DNA of 64,000 bases, taken from assembly GCF_009914755.1 (NCBI RefSeq), contig NC_060930.1. One strand, written 5' to 3'. Both the position numbers and the translations under genes were made by a program. Under the pieces are notes generated by a model. It was not told where the DNA came from, did not search any database, and saw nothing but the letters and a program-made list of their open reading frames with translations. The number at the start of each line of letters is the position of its first letter. The stretch's first letter is position 1. Positions 1 to 17,286 of the stretch are shown here, in pieces. The stretch is from the human T2T-CHM13v2.0 reference genome, Homo sapiens.

Positions 1-58
1 GTTTTAGAGGCTCTCCAGGTGGATTCTAATATGCAGACAAGTTTGGGAATCCCTGGGC
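1..58. mobile_element. MER5-type (hAT-Charlie) DNA transposon end, cut by window edge
   Basis: CTCCAGGTGGATTCTAATATGCAGACAAGTTTGGGAATCCCTG resembles the MER5A/B terminus (CCAGGTGATTCTGATGC...AGTTTGAGAACCACTG). Confidence 0.6.
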
Positions 59-94
59 TACAGGGAAGAAAGGGAAGTTTTCGAAGGCCTGGGC

Positions 95-290
95 CTCCTG
101 TGAGTTGTGTGATTTGGAGCAAGTCATTTAACGCTGCCCAGCCTTGGTTTCTCTGTACGATGAAGATAGTTATGCCGGCAGTTTTCCCATCTGCATAATG
201 AAAATCATGTTTACATTAGGTGGTTAGTAATAGCACATGTAATGGGTTTGGCACAGGCTGGGCACTCGGGAAATGATAGCCATCCTGTAT
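95..290. mobile_element. MIR SINE relic
   Basis: TGTGTGATTTGGAGCAAGTCATTTAAC...CCTTGGTTTCTC..TGT MIR core. Confidence 0.6.
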
Positions 291-1365
291 CCCTAAGGTA
301 AAATAAAGGCAAGGAAACACTGTGGATGATTAAGTGAGGTCAGTTTAATGGAAACGAAAACAAGTAGGTGACAACCAGGCTCACTGTCACATGGGATGTG
401 GTTTCTTTCCCTGAGACAATTGAGTTGTTCATCTATTTCTAGCTTGTTGGAAAGAATGATACCACCTCATACTCAGAGATAAGGCTATTGTGTTCATCTG
501 TTTTTCCAGGGTGCGGTGGGTCTGCCCAGGGCTTTGTGAACAGGATCTGCCTGGCAGATAAATCCGAGGAGTATTGGGAAGTGGACTCTTTGACAAGGGC
601 TGACTGACTTCATGAGTTTGGTGGGCACATGGCTGATCGCACTTCACTGGGGTGAATGTGACTCCTATACTCAGACTTGGGGAAGGATAGAAAGTCTATC
701 TCATTTTGTCCTTGGTGAGCGGTCTCTTACGATGGCATAATAAGGGGAGGTTGGTGGTGTTTTAGAATCAGAGAGAGATAGAATGTCAGAGCTGAAAGGA
801 ACTCAGACCATCACCTGAGCCCCAGGAGTTCTTAACGGTGAACACTCTGAGATTATAGGAAACACCTTCGACATATTTAACATTTTCTTCGAGAAGCCAT
901 GGCTTCTCGTCTGATTCAAGAAGAGCTTGCTAGCCCTCCAATACCAAAGACTCGAGTTTATGAATAAGGAAACAGAGTCAAAGGAACTGTTCAAAGCCAC
1001 GTGGGCAGTTAGAAGCAAAACAGAACTAGAACTCAGGTGACCACACTTTTCCCCAACCTCCACTCCCCCAGTTTTATAGCAAGTCTGAAGCATTAACTGT
1101 GGCAAGGGACTGTTTAAGCCACAGGTTCAACTAATTCACTGGATAATCACAGCCCCAAGCAGACGGTTGCTGGCATGCTACCAAATGAGGTTTCCATTTT
1201 TCTTTAGCTAAGGACATTATGTCTGCTGAAGGTCCTAGGAAGAAGGTAGAACTTCTGTCGCTGTTTGGAAATTCTCATTATTTTAACCTACAGTGAAACA
1301 TCAGTCAGAATTTTGGGGGCTAACAGGAATCTGGACAGACATAAAGGAATTTAAACCACAAGTGC

Positions 1366-1668
1366 AGTCCAGGTTCAGTGGCTCATGCCTGTAATCCCAG
1401 CACTTTGGAAGACTGGGGCAGGCAGATGACCTGAGGTCAGGAGTTTGAGACCAGCCTGACCAAGACGGAGAAACCCCCGTCTCTACTAAAAATACAAAAT
1501 TAGCCGGGTGTGGGTGGCGCATACCTGTAATCCCAGCTACTCGGGAGGCTGAGGCAGGAGAATCGCTTGAACCCCAGAGGCGGAGGTTTGCAGTGAGCCG
1601 AGACCGTGTCATTGCACTCCAGCCTGGGCAACAAGAGCGAAACTCCGTCTCAAAACAAAAAAACAAAC
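1366..1668 (+). mobile_element. AluSp-like
   Basis: Full dimer with CTGACCAA..GGAGAAACCC and GCAACAAGAGCGAAACTCC diagnostics; degenerate TSD AAACCACAAGTGCA (1353) / AAACCCATAAGTGCA (2008) encloses this Alu and the next. Confidence 0.9.
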
Positions 1669-2100
<432 letters not shown>

Positions 2101-2334
2101 TCAAGAGGTACGTAAAGTTTTGGCAGAATGAAGGAACTTTACAACCATCCGCAGGACTCTATTTAAACCCTGAGCTCTACAACATTTTGGGGATCCATGA
2201 TGTTTTAATTATGTTAATTTAAAATGTATCCATGTATTTAATGGATCACATCTAACTTGTGGCAGACACTGTCTAGCACCAGAAATACACCAATGTACAA
2301 AACAAAGCCTCTGCTTTCCCTTTTTTTTTTTTTT

Positions 2335-2460
2335 TAGGGCTTTTTTGTTTATTGTGGTAAAAATACATACTAATTTTCCATTTTAAAGCGTACAGTTCAG
2401 TGGCATTAAGTACAGTCACAATATTTTGCGGTCATTAGCATCGTCCATTTCTAGAGCTTT
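2335..2460 (-). mobile_element. L1M (L1MB/MC-like) 3'-end fragment
   Basis: TTTATTGTGGTAAAAATACATA...TTTTAAAGCGTACAGTTCAGTGGCATTAAGTACA matches the reverse complement of old L1M 3' ends. Confidence 0.7.
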
Positions 2461-3084
2461 ATCAAGGCGATGAAAACTTTTAGAAAGGTTAATAGTTACA
2501 AGTAAGTAGGCTGAGCTAGGATCTGAAATTAAATGATAGAAAATTCAACTTGACACTAAGTCCCAGAAGCCAAGCTCATTTCCCTCACTCTATCTTTAAC
2601 TTCCAGGCCTAAGATGGCATTAAAATTAAAGGATTGAGGGCTGTCTCCAAGCATAGTTCAGTTAATAGAGTTGAAAAATAAAAGTATAGGCCCTTGGTTA
2701 GGGGAGATCCTGGTTTCCCCTTCTCAGCCCATGAAGGAGCTGTAGTCTCTGCTTTCATAGGGGTTTTCATCTCGTGGGAAGAGAAGGACAGTGACATTCA
2801 CGTAATATTTTGGTTGAACATGAGTGCCATAAAGAACAGAGCAGGGCAGGGAGGATGAAATGGACAGCAGTGGGGAGGCCATGGCTAATATTTTATATGT
2901 GATGGTCAGGGAAGACCTCACTGGGGAGGTCTATGTGCATAGAGATCAGAAGGATATAGGAAGGAAGCCATGGTTGATCACTGAAAAAATACTGAGTTCA
3001 ATCAGCTGTTTGGCACGACTGGGTCAGGTTCAGTGGTTTATGGTATACTGGTTTTCTTTCTCATTGTCCCAAGAACATTTGTGG

Positions 3085-3409
<325 letters not shown>

Positions 3410-3629
3410 CCAGGAACTTTTTAAAGACCACTTAGAGTTCAGCTTTGAAAGGAGGCTGTGCTGAGTTGGTGGGAGCAGCACTACTGTGAGTTCCATGCAT
3501 TGCTGGGAGGGCTGGTGCTATGTGGGCGTCTGTAAGCAGGAAGAGGACTGGCTTTGGAGTCATCACATGAAAGGGGGTCTCACATCCACCTCTCCTATCA
3601 CGAGCTCTGTGACCATGGCATGTTATTTT

Positions 3630-3919
3630 ATTTTTTTCAGATGAAGTCTGGCTCTGTCGCCCAGGCCAGAGTGCAGTGGCGCCATCTCGGCTCACTGTAA
3701 CCCCCGCCTCCCAGGCTCAAACAATTCTGTGCCTCAGCCTCCCAAGTGGCTGGGACTACAGGCGCCCACCACCATGCCCAGCTAATTTTTGTATTTTTAG
3801 TTGAGATGGGGGTCTCACCATGTTGCCCAGGCTGGTCTCGAACTCCTGAGTTCAGATGATCTGCCCGCGTCGGCCTCCCCAGATGGTGAGATTACAGGCG
3901 TGAGCCAGCATGCCCGGCC
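3630..3919 (-). mobile_element. Alu (old J/S) inserted into a MIR
   Basis: Full dimer; TSD GCATGTTATTTTA on both sides; MIR-like sequence continues to ~4070. Confidence 0.9.
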
Positions 3920-4401
3920 AGCATGTTATTTTATTTCTTTACACATCTCTAAAATGAAGAGAATGATAATGCCTCCCTCACAGGGTTGTTGAGAGAATTA
4001 TATCAGATGGATACGTTTGAAGTCTCAGCTCATTGCCTGTGACAAAAGTCGTCTTCAATAAATGTCAGTAGTCATTGCAGTGGCAGCAGGAACAGTGCAG
4101 TGAGGGTGTGGCCCAAAGGTGTGTCCAGCTCTCAGGTTTTGTTTAGCACTCACTCACCTCCTGCGGTCCATCTATGGCCACTGGAGAGTCCATGACTGTT
4201 GTACTCATAAGGGCAAAAGATGGGTTTGATCTTTGTGTTCCGCGCGGTGCTCTTTACATGTGGTGAGGGATAGAGAAGTATTTGATGGAGAAGTGAATTA
4301 TTGATTAAAATTCATCTGGGAAAGAGCCAAAGTGGAGAAAGTTTTCCAATAGAGGAAAATGTCTTATTAAAGTCTCAGGAAATGAATTGCTTTTTATTTA
4401 A

Positions 4402-4737
<336 letters not shown>

Positions 4738-4807
4738 TAATGTTTTTTAATCATTGTTTTCAAATTCCATTTTTACAAGAATGAGAGTTGCATTAAAAAG
4801 AAGTAAG

Positions 4808-5124
4808 GGCTGGGCACGGTGGCTCCTGCCTGTAATCCTAGCAGTTTGGGAGGCCGAGGCGAGCGGATCACTTGAGCCCAGGAGTTCAAGACCAGCCTGG
4901 GCAACATGTCAAAACCCCATCAGTACAAAAAATGCAAAACTTAGTCAGGCATGGTGGTAGAGGCCTGTAGTTCTAGCTACTCAGGAGGCTGAAGCAGGAG
5001 GATCCTGAGCCCAGGAGGTCGAGGCTGGGGTGAGCCGTGATTGTGCCACTACACTCCAGCCTGGGTGACAGAGTGAAACACCGTCTCAAATAAAAAGTTT
5101 AAAAAACAAGAAAATAAAAATAAA
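4808..5124 (+). mobile_element. AluJ
   Basis: TTGAGCCCAGGAGTTCAAGACCAGCCTGGGCAAC and GAGGTCGAGGCTG are J-type positions. Confidence 0.9.
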
Positions 5125-5234
5125 GTCAATTTTTTTAAAGTAAGGATCAGCAATAGCCCATTTTTTTAATAGTAGCTTTGAATTTCAGAGGTAAAATGTG
5201 CCTAGTATGTGGTCCCTAATATTTGTCTATATTT

Positions 5235-5436
5235 TGAGACAGGGTCTCACTCTGTTGCATGGACCTGACTGCAGTGGTGCAATCACAGCTCACTGTAGCC
5301 TTGACCTCCTGGGCTCAAGCAATCCTCTTGTCTCAGTCTCCCCAGTCAGGGGCATTGCTTGAAGCCAAGAGTTTGAGACCAACCTGGCCAAAAAGCGAGA
5401 CTTCATCTCTACAAAAAATACAAAATAATTAGCTGG
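5235..5436 (-). mobile_element. Rearranged AluJ: right-arm piece (minus strand) joined to an inverted left-arm piece (plus strand)
   Basis: 5235-5345 is a reverse right arm and ~5350-5436 is a forward left arm plus linker; TATATTT flanks both ends. Confidence 0.8.
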
Positions 5437-5579
5437 TATATTTAACCAAAAGACACTTTGTGGCAGAATCACAGAGGCACGTGACAAACTGCCTCCTCCT
5501 AAATGACAACCAGGGTTAATTAAGTTACTGAGGCTTGGTTTTAATAATTTCCACTTACATACAAGGAGCTTTTGAAAAA

Positions 5580-5892
<313 letters not shown>

Positions 5893-8175
5893 TGAGATGA
5901 AAAGTGGTGTGGGAGCTCCAAGTACCTTGTTATGATTTTTAAAAGCCCCAGAGGATATTGGCCTTAAGGAGACAGAAGCTGCCTAGCATTACAAGGACCC
6001 CTGGCTTGAAGCACGGTGGGGAGGGGACCCTGATTTCCCAGATGTGAGGCCCAGCGTGCCTGTCGAGGACAGGCTGCAGGGAACCTGAGGGACTGCAAGA
6101 CACTGCCTGACTGTCTCAGGATCATGCCAGTGAAAAGGTGTCATTCAAGCCAGATCCATTTCAGGCATTTGTTACCAGGACGGTGACAAGTCTTGGACTG
6201 ATGGTTAGAGAACTAATGCTCATTTTAGACCCAGCCATTGGCATGTTTGCACCAAGCATGGAGCAAAGGCAGCGTTCTGCACTTTCTTGCCGTTTCTGCA
6301 GCGGGCTTCCATTTCTCAGCATGGCTGTCAGGAGGCACCCGGCAGCAGTTTGCATCTAGGGAGCTCTTCTTACCCTCAAGAAACCCTGGTTTTTCCTTTC
6401 TTTTCACAGAACAAAGCCTCCTTGTATATTAGGGACCCAGGGAGAAGACAGGGATTTCGAATCCTTAGAGGATGCTAAAAAGCTTGCCTTGAGTCAATAT
6501 AATTTTTTTTTAACTGATTTACATGTCACATTTTCCTCTTGTATCTACTCATCCTAGTGCAGAGAAATGTTTGGAAAGTGGAAAGTGGGACGAGAGTAGG
6601 GGAAATAGATGGCCCTGGGCCACACACCTGGGAGTAATCAGATCAGCTGTGTCCTCAGCTTCTCCTTCACGTTGGCTGGGCTGCCTGCACTTGCTTCCTG
6701 ATGACTTTAGGTTTGGGATTTCCACCATCTTTCGAGAATCCACATGCTTGTGTGGGGAAGATGGTGCAGTTACCACGTCAGACCTGAAGAAAGATGCGTG
6801 CTCATTTAATGGAATTCAATTAAATTTTTATTTTTATGGAAGTCATCTGCTCACAACATCACTCACCCAAAACCCAGGACCAGCCCTCCTCTCTGTCCTT
6901 ATCAGTCTGGGTATGGAAAGCATGACTTACTCATGAAATTCACAGGGTCCCTGGTTCAGGGTGCTGGCCGATCCCTCAGAAGACCTTAATAAAAATGCAA
7001 ATGGCCTTGACTCATTTATAAAATGTGCCCACAAAAACGGAATGGAAGTTCTTGGGTTAAATGCCAGATGATTGGTCTCTGAAACAATTCCTCCTCCCCT
7101 CCCCACTGGGGAAGAGAATGGGGAAAGTAACTGGCGAGTGGGGGATGTGGGACCACTTGGAGGTAACTGACCTCAACAGAGACCAGCCTTCTACAAAAGT
7201 AGGCTCAGGATAGAGGGCACCAGGACTGGGGCTTTTTCTGTGAAAGGAGGCACCATGTCTCCCCTCCCCCTCACACATACCCAGCTAGTAGCACAAACAC
7301 ACAGAAAGAATAGCTCTTATTCCTTTTAGATATTAATAGCATTTTAGATGTTTCCTCACTTACTCCTTAAAACAGATCTGTGAAGGGTTCTCTCTCATCG
7401 GCTGGTGGGATTTAGAAAGGGAGGGTAACTTGTCCAGTGTCTCGGCTAGTGGAAGCTGGGGGGACTGGAGCTTAGCCCCATGTCTGTGCACCTGCAGACC
7501 TTCCAGCCTGGGATCACCCAGGCAGAATCTGAGGGAAGGACAGGTCAACAGCTGGAGGTGTGAGCATCTGAGGCTCAGAGCCAGAATAGGCCAGGAGTCG
7601 GGTGAAGGGGGAAGGCCTTCACATGCTGGAGGAAGTTCCCAGCCAAGACTAACTCACTTCCTCTTCTGAGACGCCAGGTATCTGGGCAGTCTGGAAGAGG
7701 AAATGATGAATGAGTTGTTGAAAAAAAATGGTCAAACCCAGGGAATCTCAGATGCCCTTTCTCATTCTTGGGCTGCATCGACTAGACAAAAATGTAGCCC
7801 AAGAATTCCACCTCGGGCTCCAGGTGCTGCAGTTCTCAGGGAGGTGTCGGGGAACTGAGGACCAGACCAGAAGTCTCTGTAGGATGTCTGATCTCCTCTG
7901 GCAGGAAGGCCATTGGTGGGAGTGTTTCCACTAAAACCAAGAGAGCTGAAGAGTTGAGAGTTGAATGAGGTGGGGTGGGAAGAGGGGGCAGGACAAAAGT
8001 CTGAGTACCAGGTGGGTCATTTATTCAACCTTCAACAAATATTGACTGAGGCACTGGAATATAGATCATGAACAAGCACAGACTGTTGCTCATGGGACAT
8101 ATGTTCTAATGCATGAGCAACATGCATGTTTTGTATATTCTAATAGGAAAAGTGACCAAGAAATGGATAAAATAG

Positions 8176-8796
<621 letters not shown>

Positions 8797-10138
8797 GAAT
8801 GGTAAAATAATTTCAAGTTTTAATAAGTGCAACGATGAAAACAAACAAGAGGCTGAAGGCCTGAGGAATTTTAAGTGAGAGAATGATGTCTTTCTGATCG
8901 TGTCACTTCTGTGCCGTGGGTGAAAGGTAGAAGGCAGCCAAGGAGATCAGCTAGGAGGTTCTTCCCATAGGCCAAGGGAGCTGCCCAAAGAGGAAGAAGA
9001 CAGAGGTAGAAATGAGCAAGGAGGGTGCATATTTTTGGAGAGATCCTCAGTAGGACTTCCTGGAGGGCCAGATATGGAGGTTACGGGGAGGGAAGAGTCA
9101 AAGGTGACTCCCCGGTTTCCTACGGGCTGGGCATGGCGCCGTTTTCTGAGACAAGGAAGTAGTCATCAAAGCAAAGGGGCCCTGTGGTGGTCATCTGGGG
9201 GGTCTTGAAGAGCCAGGGGGATGAGCGCATGGTATCCCTTTGATGCACTGGTCAGGGGTGATGTAGGGAAATGCAGAGATGGAAGCTCTGCCAAGAGTTA
9301 AGCCAATGAGGTTTGTTAGATAAAGCCCTCAGCACAGTGCTAGGAGCACGGTGATGACTCAATACATGATAGCTGCTCTCCTGTTAGGAATGGGCCAGAC
9401 TCCTGATAAGAGCCAGGACGGAATAGACAGAATAGGAAAGGACAGGGTGAGGCATGCCAGGTAACCTGGGTCTCCCCTGCAAGTGCTGTGTGTTCTCTGA
9501 GGATCACCAAGGGAAAACTAGAAAGCAGGGTCAGGATGGAGTGGGGTTTCCATCCCTGAACACCTGCAGTGGGACCTAGGCATCCCTCTCTGTTGGGAGG
9601 CACATGTGTTCTCCAGGCTGGAGGCACGGGCTGGAAGCTTCTGGATCTGACTCTCGCCTGCAGCTGCTCCAGCAGCATTTGAGCACAGTGGGGGGCTGGG
9701 TCTTGCTGTCCTCAGCATTAGCAAGCCAGGGAGCAGTTCCCCTCGTACTGTGTTAAGCTCCTTTCCATGGAAGAGATTTTCTCCAGAAGATTCCTTCCCT
9801 GGGGACGTCTGCAGTTTCCCCTCCTGTTTGATCCCCCTTCCCCCTCCCTTTGTTCAGCTCCCCCAACCTCTCAGACTCAGGATAGTGACAACACAGCACA
9901 CAGTGTGACCTGCTGAGGCCAAAAGGTTTTCCGTCATTCCAATTATTCCTGTATCAAAATACACATGCAATTTAAAAACATTTGCTTTTTAAAACTTATA
10001 AATTGAAAGAGGACCTTGATCTAAAATCTTTGCTCTCAAAATAGATTTCTATTGACTTTAAATAGGAGTCAGACCCAGTTGAGCTCTATGGAGTCAGACA
10101 CTTCATCTTGGGGAAGAGCACTAATATTAGAAATCTGA

Positions 10139-10437
10139 GGCCAGGCGCGGTGGCTCACGCCTGTAATCCCAGCACTTTGGGAGGCTGAGGCAGATGGATC
10201 ACCTGAGGTCAGGAGTTCGAGACCAGCCAGGCCAACATGGTGAAACCCTGTCTCTACTAAAAATACAAAAATTAACTGGGGGTAGTGGAGCATGCCTGTA
10301 ATTCCAGCTACTCAGGAGGCTGAGGCAGGAGAATCGCTTTAACCCAGGAGGTGGAGGTTGCAGTGAGCTGAGATCATGCTACTGCACTCCAGCCTGGGCA
10401 ACACAGTGGGACTCTGTCTCAAAAAAAAAAGAAAAGA
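10139..10437 (+). mobile_element. AluSx-like
   Basis: Full dimer with A tail. Confidence 0.92.
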
Positions 10438-10583
10438 ACTCTGCAGTGCCAGTTTTCTGATAAGAAAAGGGATAATTATATTTACCTATTTCATAGGATG
10501 TCAGCTATAATTATTGAAAGTTAATTTTTTAAAAATAGAACTTGGTATTTCCTGCCAGTGCTTTTGAACTTCAGACTACCTCT

Positions 10584-10602
10584 TCTCTCTCTCTCTCTCA
10601 TG

Positions 10603-10649
<47 letters not shown>
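10584..10649. repeat. (CT)n then (CA)~22 microsatellite
   Basis: Direct reading. Confidence 0.95.
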
Positions 10650-10651
<2 letters not shown>

Positions 10652-11695
10652 CCTTTCCTCAGGAGGCCACAGACAGCATTTCCACAAGCCTCACTAGCAA
10701 TCCTAATGAAAACTCCTCAAGGTGGCTGTGATATCTGCCAAGACAAAAGCCAAGGGGGTCTTTGAGTAACACGTTCCTAATTTTAAGAGCTTCTGGCTTA
10801 TCACCTTCCATTTTAAGTTTCCTATCCAGGGTAGATCAAGATCTGAAAAGATGCTGTGGTGAGGCTGTTGGGAAATGCTATGCATAGCTTCTGTTTTCAC
10901 CTCTGGGACCTTTCCAGTCCTTCCCAGGTCCCAAGAGGAAGGTGGGATAACGCAGTCTCCTGCTGTGGTTCATCCTCAGCAGGAGAGAGAAGTCCAGCTG
11001 GTCCCCAGCACATTGCTCCCCTCTACCCTGTAAGCCTGCCGCGCCTCCAAGTCGGCTCACCTTTAAAGCCGGCTGAGCCACTCTCAGTAGAGGGGCTGGT
11101 GGCCTGCTCTGTAGCAAGGGCATGGGGGTAGTCTGGATTCCCCACATGGGACAACATCTGGTACTCTCTGGAAGCTTCTACATGTCCCCCAAGCATCCCT
11201 GCTACCTAGGTGAAGACTTGCATGTCAGAAGGGTTACCCAGCACGGAGCTTGCTTCTCGCACAGAAGCCAATGTGATGGTACCGGATGATAAGAAAAGAT
11301 AAAGCTTTAATGCGAGTTGACTGGCCAGGGGACAGCAAGCAGTGCTCAAGTCTGTTCCCCGATCTGGGGTGGCGCGAGCCTCTGTGGCCTTTCTAACTAG
11401 TCCCAGGTGATGCCATGGCAGCGGGTCTGCCAGGCTTGTAGTGGGAACAGTCAGGAGGTTAAACTTTTCCCTTTGCCCATGCCTGGGCAATTCTGGCTCT
11501 GCATCACTGTAACACGGTTAATGTTACTGCTGTAATGGTTAGTCAGTTGAACTGGGTTTGGGATACAGAAGCACTTGGAATGGTCAATAGGTAAGCCTCA
11601 AAGAGGTTTCACAAAACCACACAGCTAAGATGGGGGGCTTTCTGATGTTTTAGAGCAGCAGTTCTGACTTTTTCCCCACCCAGGTACTCTTCTCT

Positions 11696-11800
11696 TTTTC
11701 TTTTCTTTTCTTTTCTTTTTTCTCTTCTCTTCTCTTCTCTTCTCTTCTCTTCTCTTCTCTTCTCTTCTCTTCTATTCTATTCTATTCTATTCTATTCTCT
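11696..11800. repeat. Compound pentanucleotide repeat (TTTTC)n-(TTCTC)n-(TTCTA)n forming an Alu tail
   Basis: Direct reading; abuts the AluJ at 11801. Confidence 0.93.
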
Positions 11801-12035
11801 TCCTTTTTTGAGATAGGGGCTCGCTCTGTCACCCAGGCTGGAGTGCAGTGGCTAGGTCATAGCTCACGGCAGCTTCAAACTCCTGAGCTCAGGCGATCCT
11901 TCCACCTCAGCTAGGACCACAGGTGCGTGCCACCATGCCTGGTGCCTGGCTAAGTTTTAAAATTTTTTGTAGGTACAGGGTCTCCCTCTGTATCTCAAAG
12001 TGTTGGGATTACGGGCGTGAGCCACTGCACCCAGC
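11801..12035 (-). mobile_element. AluJ with internal deletions
   Basis: GAGATAGGGGCTCGCTCTGTCACCCAGGCTGGAGTGC...GAGCCACTGCACCCAGCC. Confidence 0.88.
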
Positions 12036-13185
12036 CCCCACCCAGTTACTCTTACTGGCAAAGGAGAAAAACAAATCCCCTGTCCTCTGGGCCAAGGGCA
12101 CAGCAGAGATTTGCCAAAAGCATGAAATAGCCTGTTTTATCACAAACCCCTGTGTGGCCATAAAACTATGTATGAACTTTACCCTTTATTCCTACATATA
12201 GGTTTGTTTTAATATACAAGTCATGATTTGTGCTATATCAAACTACTTAACTCTCCGACCGCACCTCCTAGGAATTTTTAAATAAAATCGAGGCTATGGG
12301 AGGATGCTTGGGGTTTGTCCTACGGCTCTGTGTGACTTGATGTTCCCCAGCTCACACTTGGGGAAGAAGCATCAGTGGTGGCCCTGAGCTCTCCCCCGGG
12401 CCTGCCCTGCCCAAGTGCACAGGGTGCTGGGCAAAGTTGTTTCTGCCGTGCCCTGCTGGAACTTCCAGACAACTCCTGACTGCCCGATGGTGTTTGACCT
12501 TCCATGACTTTCTCCGGTCTTGTCATTATCTCCATCCTCCCACGTGGGTGCTTCCTTTTGGGTGTTTTCCTAACAGCACCATTGCATCTGTTGGAAAACA
12601 AGGTCATTAGCTCTCTGCCTCTTGTTCCTTCGTGTTTCTCCAATATCGTTCAAGTCTTGCAGACTTTCCTGCCAGTTTCCCAGCTTTGTTTGCCGTTTCA
12701 GTGTTCTGGGCAGAGGTGGAGACCTAAGCCCAACAAGTAATCAAACAAACAAAAACAAATAGAAGACTCAGAGCTGACCAGAGAGGTTTGCAACAGCATT
12801 ACCTCGGGGGCTGCAGGTTCAAAGGTGTAAGCATGACCTCTGTTCTGATGCCAGGCTGGTAGTTAGGGGAAGTTTGGAACAAGATCACCAATCTCAACAG
12901 AACATGGTCCTTCCACATTTCCAGCATCAAGTCAGACAGGCAGCTTCACCATAGCTTAGGGCGGAGAGCGGGCATTGGAACTGTGCGGGTAGCTTTGGCT
13001 GAACCATGAAAATCGGGCAAGTGACTTAATCAACTCATCCTCTGGACTGTGCTTGTTCAAGTGTCATATGCACAACACCTTAAATTTGCTGTTGTTTTAA
13101 GTTAGCATACAACGTCCTGAATGATGGTTTAAAAAAAAAAAAGAAAAAAATGAATTTTTTTTCTAAAGTTGAAAGAGTGTAATAA

Positions 13186-13553
<368 letters not shown>

Positions 13554-13619
13554 CCATTAGAGTCTTACAAGCATAGATAGTATCAGTAGCACCAGCACGC
13601 ACAAAGGCTCCCTCTGCAC

Positions 13620-14110
<491 letters not shown>

Positions 14111-14925
14111 CACATCCACACCCACCAGCTGTCTCCCTGGAGAAAGCTTACCTTTTCGTGTTCAAGATAAGGAACAATATCAAAAATGAACAGGAGCACC
14201 AGAATGCTGGAATCATATTATATTTCTGATTGTTAGTGTATTTCTAGCTTTGTATTACTTTATATTTAAGGAATACATTTAGTGAAGCACTGTTTTGTTT
14301 TTTGTTTTTGCTTTTGCTTTTTTTCTGCTAGAGAGTATCTTGACTTTCAGGAGTTAGAACTCACTTCTAATAAGAAGATATTTACATCCGTAATTTAGCT
14401 GGTGTATCTTCTGGATTGATTGATTTTATTACCCTGCCATGCTGGAAGTGTGAATTCAGCCAAAGCATACAGATTTCAACATTTGTATAAAGGCTACCTC
14501 AAGAGGGCGCTCCTTGCAAGCCGTAGAGTTGTTTAGTTCTCTCCGGGCCTGACACTTGATTTTGGAGAGTATTTTCAGAGACTGCATTGCAATCCTGCAT
14601 GAGTACAGAGGAAATTCATGGAAGAGCCATGAGGAAACATAACAGAAGTGCAGAAATCTGAGTCTTTAGGATGGAAGTTGTGAAGTTTCAGGGATTTCAA
14701 TTTTTATAAAGATTAAAGAAAAACCTCTCAATTCTTTTCCTGTATAGAATCATAGAAGGGCTAGAAGAATTGCTTTTCTCTATTTTTAAGGACTTGGTAG
14801 GAGTGACGGTGGGAGAATTCTCAGCTCTTCTAGATAACCAATTACATCATTTAATATATTGATTTGATATCCTGAGGCAGATGGTATTAGGGTATTTGTT
14901 TTTGTTCTTTTAAAAATCATATTAG

Positions 14926-16142
<1,217 letters not shown>

Positions 16143-16974
16143 GCACATTTATTCATCTAAATTGGCCATCCATGGTGGGGGCTGAGCTGCAGTCAGCTAA
16201 TGGGTACTCTGCTCACGATGGTTTCTACTTCGTGTTCCTGGCTAATGAAGAAGCAGCTGTCTCAGCATCCTTTGTTACCCAGAGGACGTCTTGAGATTGA
16301 TTACAGTTACTCCAAGGGTGAATCTGAGTCTTTACCTTGGCAAGCAAGTTATGGAGGATTTCCTCTTTACTCCAACACTTGAGATCAACCCTGTCGTCTA
16401 GACAGGATGAGTTTCTAGTGAACAGAGTAAATTGCTTCCACTCAAATAAGGCACCTATCTCCAAGGAGCACTTTGTAACTACCGTTTGCTACAACCCCAG
16501 GCTGCCGGGGAAGCAGGTTCCTCTGAGAGTCCTCAGTTTGATTACACTGATGGGCCCTTGAGCGCAGAGATTAGAGTTTTACCTATATAGTTAAGTGACA
16601 CTTAAAGTCCAAGACCTATTATCTTCCAGCCATCCACTTCAGGACCAGATTAAATTCGGCTAGGACTGCTTAATAGGATTATGGAAACACAAGGACCAGC
16701 CTCATCCTCCTAGCTCCAGGCAGATTCCCCTCACCGCACCACTTATCAGTTCTCAGCCTAACCATCTCCTGAGAAGAGAATTTTTCAATTTCCTGCATTG
16801 ATAGGATTTAACAGATTTCCGGGGCTGAGAAAATGGGGGCTTCCCACATTGTGAATGCTCTGTCTGGGTAACACAGAGGCCTTGTTTAGGTGAAAGCATC
16901 TTGTGTTTCTGTGTCAGTTAAGCCATGCGTGGTGATGGAGGCAGCACTGTCTGGACTGGTCTCAGAGCAATTCC

Positions 16975-17286
<312 letters not shown>

